A DNA stretch of 64,000 nucleotides from an uncultured Acidobacteriota bacterium (GTDB taxonomy: Bacteria > Acidobacteriota > Thermoanaerobaculia > UBA5066 > DATFVB01), in contig CAWEYG010000003.1 of NCBI GenBank assembly GCA_963813155.1, positions 640,001 to 704,000 of the forward strand, in the 5' to 3' direction. The translations under genes were made by a program, and so were the position numbers. This document shows positions 57,022-64,000 of this stretch, one piece after another (position 1 is the stretch's first letter; each line of letters begins with the position of its first letter). A model generated the notes under the pieces. It worked only from the letters and a program-made list of their open reading frames with translations. It did no database searches and was not told the DNA's origin.

Positions 57022-57146
57022 CGAGCGGGCGGGTGGCCCGGGACGAGACCCCCTTTCGCCGCTCGCGGCGCGAAGTCGTCGCAAAGGCCTTAGAACGCAG
57101 CGAGCGGGAAAGCGGGGCGAGTCCCGTGACAGGACCCGCCCGCTCG
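57022..57146. repeat. 125-bp imperfect palindrome between convergent genes (REP-like)
   Basis: 13-bp terminal inverted repeat CGAGCGGGCGGGT/ACCCGCCCGCTCG, nested CGGGAC/GTCCCG, CCCC/GGGG, TTTC/GAAA and CCGCTCGC/GCGAGCGG. Confidence 0.72.
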
Positions 57147-57154
57147 GGATCCGG

Positions 57155-57475
57155 TTACAGAAGCGCGTCGATCTTCGACGCGACGATGAAGTCGTTTTCC
57201 GAGAGCCCTCCCGCGTCGTGCGTCCAGAGCGTCAACTCCACCTCGTTGTAGTGGACGCAAAAATCCGGATGATGCGCTTCCCGCTCCGCCAGCTCCGCGA
57301 CCCGGTTCAGGAAGCTCATCGCCGAGACGAAATCGGCGAACTTGAGATTCTTCCGGATTTTGCTTTCCCGAAGGCTCCAGCCGACGACTTCGTGGAGCAG
57401 CTCGCTGATCTTCTGGTCTGAGAGCCGGACAGCCCCGGCTTTCCCCGAAACACATTTCTTGTCACGAAGAGCCAT
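57155..57475 (-). CDS. Pterin-4-alpha-carbinolamine dehydratase
   Basis: AEREAHHPD and WTHDAGGLSENDF motifs; GGAGG RBS. Confidence 0.93.
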   Translation of the reverse strand: MALRDKKCVSGKAGAVRLSDQKISELLHEVVGWSLRESKIRKNLKFADFVSAMSFLNRVAELAEREAHHPDFCVHYNEVELTLWTHDAGGLSENDFIVASKIDALL

Positions 57476-57552
57476 GGACGACCTCCGGGGGCCCTGCCCA
57501 AACGACATTAAAGATTGATTGTAGGCCTTGCGTCGCATCCGCGAATTACGGA

Positions 57553-57582
57553 TAGAATAAATAACGGAACTGACTGGTCAGT
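57553..57582 (+). promoter_or_regulatory. -10 element and putative TetR operator of the efflux operon
   Basis: TAGAAT (57553-58) followed by palindrome ACTGAC-TG-GTCAGT (57569-82) just before the GGAGG RBS. Confidence 0.65.
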
Positions 57583-57594
57583 ACTGGAGGCGGT

Positions 57595-58176
57595 TTGCCC
57601 AGAGTCAAAACCGAATCGAAACAGGAAGAGATCCTCGCCGCGGCGTCGAAGATCTTCGCGGCGAGGCAATACCACGAAGTCCTTTGCGACGAGATCGCTC
57701 ACGAAGCGGGGGTCGGCAAGGGAACGATCTACCGCTATTTCCGGACGAAAGAAGACCTCTACTTCTCCACGATCCTCCACGGCTATGAGGCCGTGAACGA
57801 ATCCCTCGCCTCCGCCATCTCGGCGGAGACGAGCCCCGAGAAGCGTCTCGAGCGCATCGCGCTGGAGCTCCTGAGGTACTTCTGGGAGCGCCGCTATTTC
57901 TACGCGCTCCTCTACCGGAACGAGCAGCGGTTCCTCGCGCAGGAAGGGCGCCTCAAGAAAAACCGGGAGCACCTCGTCCAGCTCGTCGAGCAGACGATCC
58001 AGCAGGGGATCGAGACCGGCGCCTTCCGCGTCGTCGACCCGAAAACGGCCGCGGAGCTCTTCCTCGGAATGATCCGCGCGATCAACGTGTTTCGCCGGGA
58101 ATCCGACCGGCTCGACGACCTCGTCGCGGAATTGATCGGACTCTGGACCCGGGGAATCGAAAAGGAGAGAGCATGA
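57595..58176 (+). CDS. TetR/AcrR family transcriptional regulator
   Basis: HTH IAHEAGVGKGTIYRYFRTKEDL. Confidence 0.95.
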   Translation: MPRVKTESKQEEILAAASKIFAARQYHEVLCDEIAHEAGVGKGTIYRYFRTKEDLYFSTILHGYEAVNESLASAISAETSPEKRLERIALELLRYFWERRYFYALLYRNEQRFLAQEGRLKKNREHLVQLVEQTIQQGIETGAFRVVDPKTAAELFLGMIRAINVFRRESDRLDDLVAELIGLWTRGIEKERA

Positions 58177-59600
58177 GGGCGGCGATCGCGCTGTGGATGA
58201 TCTGGGGAGCGGGCGCCGTTTCCGATTCTCCGGCGCGGCCGTGGCAGCCTCCCGCGGAGGCGACCGTCGTGCCGGCCCCGCCCCCCGCGACGCCCATTCC
58301 CGAGAAGTGGACGAAGGGAAACACGATTCTCTCTCTCCCGGAAATCCTCGACCTCGCGCTCCGGAACAATCCGTCCACGCGCGCGGCCTGGTTCCAGGCG
58401 CGGGCCGCCGCCGCCGATCTCGGGAGCAAGCGCTCCCAGTACTTCCCCGAGATCGATCTCGGCGGAAACCTGACGCGGCAAAAGGCCACGACGAGCTTCC
58501 CGCCGAGGGTGACGTACTTCCTCACCACGTACGGGCCCACGGCGACGCTCTCGATGCTGCTGCTCGATTTCGGCGGCCGGAGCGGCAACGTCGAGGAAGC
58601 CCGGCAGGCGCTGTACTCGGCGAACTGGGCGCACGACGCCGCGATTCAGAACGTCGTGCTCCTCGTCGAGCAGGCGTATTACCGGTATCTCGACGCGAAA
58701 GGCCTCCGCGACGCCGCGGAGGCGAGCCTGAAAGAGGCGCAGACGAGCTACGACGCGGCGCGCGGGCGGCACGATGCCGGCGTCTCGACGATCGCCGACG
58801 TCCTCCAGGCCAAGACCGCGCTCTCGCAGGCGCAGCTCTCGCTCGAGACGATCGCGGGCCAGATCCAGACGATCCGCGGAGCGCTCGCCACGGCGCTCGG
58901 ATTTCCCGCCAGCGTCGCGAATCTTCCGATCGACATCGGGGAGCTGCCCGAGCAGTTCGACGTCGGTTCCGCCAATCGCGCGGTCGACGACCTCATCGAG
59001 GCCGCGCAGAAGGAGCGCCCCGACCTCGCCGCGGCGCGGGCCGACGCCGCGAAAGCCGAGGCTCACGTTCGGACCGTGAGATCGAGAGGCCTGCCGGCCC
59101 TGCAGGCCTCGGGCACGGCGAACCGAACCTACTACGCCGGCGCCGCCTCGGGGCCGTTCTCGACGAACTACACGGGCGCCCTCCTGCTCTCGGTCCCGTT
59201 GTTCACGGGCTTTCGAACGAGCTACGACACGCGGGAAGCAAAGGAGCAGGCCGAAGCCGCGCGCGCGCAGCTGGAGACTCTCCGCCAGCAGGTGATCCTC
59301 CAGGTCTGGACGAGCTATTTCGAGCTGAAGACGGCCGGACAGAAGGTCCTGACCTCCCGCGATCTCCTCGACAGCGCGAGGCAGTCGCAGGAAGTCGCGC
59401 TCGGCCGCTACAAGAACGGCGTCGGCAGCATTCTCGACCTGCTGACGGCGCAAAGCGCGCTCGCCTCGGCCAGGGCTCAGGACGTGCAGGCGCGCTCCGA
59501 CTGGTTCCTTTCGATCGCCCAGCTCGCCCACGACACGGGGGTCCTCGGTTCCCCGGCCGCCGCGGCTTCCGCCGCGCCGGAAACAAAGGAGTCCAAATGA
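58173..59600 (+). CDS. TolC-family outer membrane efflux protein
   Basis: ALRNNP, YFPEI, RPDL, SVPLFTG and YKNGVGSILDLLTAQ motifs. Confidence 0.92.
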   Translation: MRAAIALWMIWGAGAVSDSPARPWQPPAEATVVPAPPPATPIPEKWTKGNTILSLPEILDLALRNNPSTRAAWFQARAAAADLGSKRSQYFPEIDLGGNLTRQKATTSFPPRVTYFLTTYGPTATLSMLLLDFGGRSGNVEEARQALYSANWAHDAAIQNVVLLVEQAYYRYLDAKGLRDAAEASLKEAQTSYDAARGRHDAGVSTIADVLQAKTALSQAQLSLETIAGQIQTIRGALATALGFPASVANLPIDIGELPEQFDVGSANRAVDDLIEAAQKERPDLAAARADAAKAEAHVRTVRSRGLPALQASGTANRTYYAGAASGPFSTNYTGALLLSVPLFTGFRTSYDTREAKEQAEAARAQLETLRQQVILQVWTSYFELKTAGQKVLTSRDLLDSARQSQEVALGRYKNGVGSILDLLTAQSALASARAQDVQARSDWFLSIAQLAHDTGVLGSPAAAASAAPETKESK

Positions 59601-60685
59601 GAATCTCCCTTCTGATCGCGATCCTCGCCGTTTCGGCGGCGTGCTCCCGCCCGGAGCCCAAGCGCGCAACGGAATCCGTTCCGGTCACGGCCGCCACGGT
59701 CGAAAAGCGTTCGGTCCCCGTCGAGGTCGCCGCGATCGGCCACGTCGAGCCGCTGTCCACCGTTTCGATTCGGGCCCAGGTCGGGGGCACGATCACCCGG
59801 GTCTGGTTTCGCGAGGGCCTGGACGTCCAGAAGGGCGACATGCTCCTGACGATCGACCCGCGCCCTTACGAGGCCGCGCTTCGCCAGGCGCAGGCGGCCC
59901 TCGCACGCGACCAGGCGCAGGCGAAGAACGCCGTCTCCGAGTCGAAGAGGTACGCGGACCTCGCGCAGAAGGACTACGTCACGCGCGAGCAGTCCGACCA
60001 GATGCAGGCCAACTCCGCCGCGCTCGACGCGACGGTGAAGGCCGACGAAGCCGCCGTCGAGAACGCGCGGCTGCAGGTCGCGTACTGCTCGATCACGGCC
60101 CCGATCGCCGGGCGGACGGGCAGCCTGCTCGTGAAAGAAGGCAACGTCGTCAAGCCGAACGACGTCCCGCTTCTCGTGATCAACCAGATCCAGCCGATCC
60201 TCGCGACGTTCTCGATTCCGGAAGCCCAGTTGACCGAGATCAAGAAGCACTCGACCGGCTCCGCGCTCACGGTCACGGCGACCGCGCCGGGAGGCGACGC
60301 TCACCGCGGCGAGCTCACGTTCGTCGACAACGCGGTCGACATGACGACCGGGACGATCACGCTGAAAGCCACGTTTCCCAACGAGCGCCGCGGCCTGTGG
60401 CCCGGGCAGTTCGTGAATCTCGTGCTCGTGATGAGCACACAGGCCAACGCCGTCGTCGTGCCTTCGCCAGCCGTTCAGACGGGCCAGTCCGGGTCCTACG
60501 TGTACGTGATCAAGGCGGACTCCACCGTCGAATCGCGCCCGGTGGCCGTGGAGCGAACGCAGGGAACCCTCTCGATCGTCGCGAAGGGTCTCGCCCCCGG
60601 CGAGCAGGTCGTCACGGACGGCCAGCTGCGCCTGACACCCGGGGTGCGGGTCGAGGTCAAGAGATCCGGGGAGGCCGCCTCATGA
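59597..60685 (+). CDS. RND efflux periplasmic adaptor (MdtA-like lipoprotein)
   Basis: Lipobox SAAC, IDPRPYEA, ITAPIAGRTG, DNAVD.TTGTI and LWPGQFV motifs. Confidence 0.92.
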   Translation: MRISLLIAILAVSAACSRPEPKRATESVPVTAATVEKRSVPVEVAAIGHVEPLSTVSIRAQVGGTITRVWFREGLDVQKGDMLLTIDPRPYEAALRQAQAALARDQAQAKNAVSESKRYADLAQKDYVTREQSDQMQANSAALDATVKADEAAVENARLQVAYCSITAPIAGRTGSLLVKEGNVVKPNDVPLLVINQIQPILATFSIPEAQLTEIKKHSTGSALTVTATAPGGDAHRGELTFVDNAVDMTTGTITLKATFPNERRGLWPGQFVNLVLVMSTQANAVVVPSPAVQTGQSGSYVYVIKADSTVESRPVAVERTQGTLSIVAKGLAPGEQVVTDGQLRLTPGVRVEVKRSGEAAS

Positions 60686-63600
60686 ACATCGCCGAAATCT
60701 TCATCAAACGTCCCGTCATGACGACGCTCGTCATGCTGGCGATCCTGCTCTTCGGGCTGATGGGCTACCGGCTCCTGCCCGTCTCCGACCTCCCGAACGT
60801 CGATTTCCCGACGATCCAGGTGGCCGCGACCCTGCCGGGCGCCTCGCCGGAGACGATGGCATCGGCCGTCGCCACGCCGCTCGAGAAGCAGTTCACGACG
60901 ATTGCCGGCCTCGACAACATGAACTCGACGAGCTCGCAGGGATCGACCCAGATCACGCTCCAGTTCAACTTGAGCCGCAATCTCGACAACGCCGCCCAGG
61001 ACGTGCAGTCGATGATCGCGGCGGCCGCCCGGCAGCTCCCTCCGGAAATGCCGGCGCCGCCCTCGTATCAGAAGGTGAATCCCGCCGACTCGCCGATCAT
61101 GTACCTCGCGCTCACCTCGTCGACGCTTCCCCTTTCGACTCTCGACGAATACGGCGAAACGTTCATGGCGCAGCGGATCTCGACGATTCCCGGAGTCGCG
61201 CAGGTGCAGGTCTACGGTCCCCAGAAGTACGCCGTCCGAATCCAGCTGGACCCGCGCGCTCTCGCAACCCGCGGGATCGGGATCGACGAAGTCTCGAGCG
61301 CCGTCAGCAACGCCAACGTGAATCTGCCGACGGGAATCATGTACGGCCCCTCGAAGGCGTTCACGCTCCAGGCCACCGGGCAGCTGAACGAAGCGGGCGC
61401 CTACCGGTCCATTCTCGTCTCCTACAAGAACGGCGCGCCGGTGCGCCTCGACTCAGGTCGGCCGCGTCTTCGACAGCGTCGAGAACGACAAGACGGCCGC
61501 CTGGTTCAACGGCGACCGGTCGATCTCGCTCGCGATCCAGCGGCAGCCGGGAACCAACACCGTCCAGGTCGCGGACGCGGTGCGGAGGCTCCTGCCGACC
61601 TTCCAGAAGCAGCTCCCGCCGGCAGCCCAGCTCCACGTCCTCTTCGACCGGTCGGTTTCGATCAAAGAGTCCGTCCACGACGTGAAGTTCACGCTCATCC
61701 TCACGCTGTGTCTCGTCGTCATGGTGATCTTCGTGTTCCTGCGAAACGTCTCGGCGACCGTCATCCCGAGTCTCGCGCTGCCACTCTCGATCGCCGGGAC
61801 GTTCGCGCTCATGTACGTCCTCGGGTACAGCATGGACAACCTGTCGCTCATGGCGCTGACGCTTTCCGTCGGCTTCGTCGTCGACGACGCGATCGTGATG
61901 CTCGAAAACATCGTCCGCCACATGGAGATGGGCGAGCCCGTCATGACCGCCGCCCTGAACGGCTCCAAGGAGATCGGGTTCACGATCCTTTCGATGACGC
62001 TCTCGCTCGCCGCGGTCTTCATCCCCGTCCTCTTCATGGGCGGAATCGTCGGACGGCTCTTCCACGAGTTCGCGGTGACGATCGGCGTCGCGATCCTTCT
62101 CTCGGGATTCATCTCCCTCTCGCTCACGCCGATGCTCTGCAGCCGCTTCCTGAAACCGCACGAGAAGGAACAGAAGCACGGACGCGTCTACCAGGCCACC
62201 GAGAAGGGATTCGACGAGACGCTGGCACTCTACGAGAGGACCCTCAAGTTCGTCCTGCGCCATGGAACCGCCACGCTCCTGGTGTCGCTCGCGATCCTCG
62301 TCGCGACGGTGTACCTGTTCATCGCGATCCCGAAAGGCTTCCTTCCGAGCGAGGACATCGGCCAGGTGTTCGGGTTCACCGAGGCCGCGCAGGGGATCTC
62401 GTTTTCGGAGATGAAAGAACACCAGAAGGCCGTCGCGGCGGTGGCCGGCGCGGACCCCGACATCGAGAATCTCCTTTCGAGCTGCGGTCCCCGGGGGAGC
62501 ATCAGCAACGGAAACCAGGGCATCATCTTCGGCAAGCTCCGGGACCGCTCGGTGCGCAGACGCTCCGTCGACGACATCATCCAGAGTCTTCGGCCGAAGC
62601 TCGCGAAGATCACGGGCATTCGCGTGTTTCTGCAGAACCCTCCCCCGATCCGGATCGGCGGCAGCCTGACCAAGAGCCAGTACCAGTATGCGCTTCAGGA
62701 TCCGGACACGGCCGAGCTCTACCGGTTCGCTCCCATCCTCGAAGAAAAGATGCGCGGCGTCCCGGGGCTCCTCGACGTGACGAGCGACATGCAATTGAAG
62801 AATCCCCAGCTCCACGTCGATATCGACCGCGACAAGGCCGGCGCCCTCGGGATCACGCCGCAGAAGATCGAGGACGCGCTTTACACCGCGTACGGCTCGC
62901 GCCAGATCTCGACGATCTACGCGCCGAACAACGAGTACCAGGTGATCATGGAGCTGGCGCCGGAGTACCAGCGCAATCCGAGCGACATCTCGATGCTCTA
63001 CATCCATTCGGCGACGGGCGACCTGGTTCCGCTCTCGACGCTCGTGCATCTGTCCGAAAACGTCGGTCCGCTGCAGGTCAACCACACGGGCCAGCTCCCC
63101 TCGGTCACCATTTCGTTCAATCTGAAGCCGGGGGCCGCCATCGGCGAGGCGGTCGCGGCCGTCGACAAGCTCGCGCGCCAGGCGCTCCCCGCGACGATCA
63201 GCACGAGCTTTCAGGGCACCGCCCAGGCCTTCCAGTCGTCCTTCCAGGGCCTCGGAATGCTGCTGCTCATGGCGATCCTCGTGATCTACATGGTTCTGGG
63301 CATCCTCTACGAGAGTTTCATCCATCCCCTCACGATTCTCTCGGCGCTCCCTTTTGCCGGGTTCGGGGCGCTCGTCACGCTGATGCTCTTCCACACCGAG
63401 CTCTCGATCTACGCGTTCGTCGGAATCATCATGCTCGTCGGCATCGTGAAGAAGAACGGCATCATGATGATCGACTTCGCCGTCGAGGCGCAGCGCAACG
63501 AGGGGAAGGCCCCGGCCGACGCGATCTACGAAGCGTGCGTCGTGCGGTTCCGCCCGATCATGATGACGACGATGGCCGCCCTCATGGGAACGCTGCCGAT

Positions 63601-63850
63601 CGCCATGGGAATCGGGGCGGGGGCGGAGTCTCGCCGGCCGCTCGGTCTCGCGGTCGTGGGCGGTCTCCTCTTCTCGCAGCTCCTGACGCTCTATGTCACG
63701 CCCGTCTTCTACATCTCGATGGAGAAGCTGCGGGAGTGGTCGGCGCGCTCCACCCCCGCCGGCGAAAGGGCGCCGCGCCTCGCGCCCGAGGGGCCGGCGG
63801 ACTCCGAGAAAAGGGGCGCGGGCGGGGGCATTCTGAAGCTGAGAGAGTGA
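60682..63850 (+). CDS. RND efflux permease, MdtB/MdtC-like (apparent +1 frameshift near 61453)
   Basis: FIKRPVMTTL, PGASPETMAS.VATPLE, GFVVDDAIVMLENI, GIVKKNGIMMIDFA and RFRPIMMTT across two frames. Confidence 0.93.
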
Positions 63851-63896
63851 CGACTCCGGCGCCATTCGAGCTATGATGGCGGATGGAGGATCCTGC

Positions 63897-64000
63897 TTGA
63901 GCGAGGAAAAATCCATGGACAAGGTCCAGGCCGTGCAGCAGATGTTTCGCGACCTGCTGGAACGCAGCCGTTCTCTGCGCGAGGACCTCCTCAAGGAGAA
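63897..64000 (+). CDS. Start of a hypothetical helical protein (continues beyond window)
   Basis: TATGAT -10 and GGAGG RBS, then TTG-initiated open frame LSEEKSMDKVQAVQQMFRDLLERSRSLREDLLKE. Confidence 0.5.
   Translation, partial: MSEEKSMDKVQAVQQMFRDLLERSRSLREDLLKE

Noticed and set aside
1-64000. CRISPR array, rRNA, IS or transposase genes
   Set aside because: No regularly spaced direct repeats, rRNA-like segments or transposase motifs were seen

Overview
High-GC bacterial chromosomal segment. Gene content and order (short PheT, S55 peptidase plus beta-propeller pair, YfhO-like GT-C proteins, zapA-6S-rny-ymdB) suggest Acidobacteriota, possibly Thermoanaerobaculia; this is an inference. Bases 1-36300 are mostly core genes: partial pabB-like gene, glycosyltransferases, a Phd/PIN toxin-antitoxin pair, coaD, a peptide ABC transporter, the tol-pal cluster, rpsT, ymdB-rny-6S RNA-zapAB, pheTS-rplT-rpmI-infC-thrS, two tRNA-Val genes, pyrE and queF. 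Bases 36300-47750 are an accessory-looking patchwork of short genes, many with signal peptides. It includes a Gln-variant subclass B3 metallo-beta-lactamase, mazEF, an unannotated 49-aa basic sORF and a long palindrome. Bases 48860-64000 hold alpha-2-macroglobulin/pbpC, a pterin dehydratase and a TetR-regulated RND efflux operon. About ten apparent +1 single-base insertions break genes, including the essential coaD and pheT, and are best read as sequencing errors. No CRISPR array, integrase, transposase or rRNA was seen. The best candidates for undescribed biology are the S55 peptidase/propeller/peptide-ABC module, the island of exported detox-type enzymes, the 49-aa sORF, and two cis-regulatory architectures (a zapA RBS-sequestering hairpin, and boxB/boxA plus a terminator ahead of thrS).
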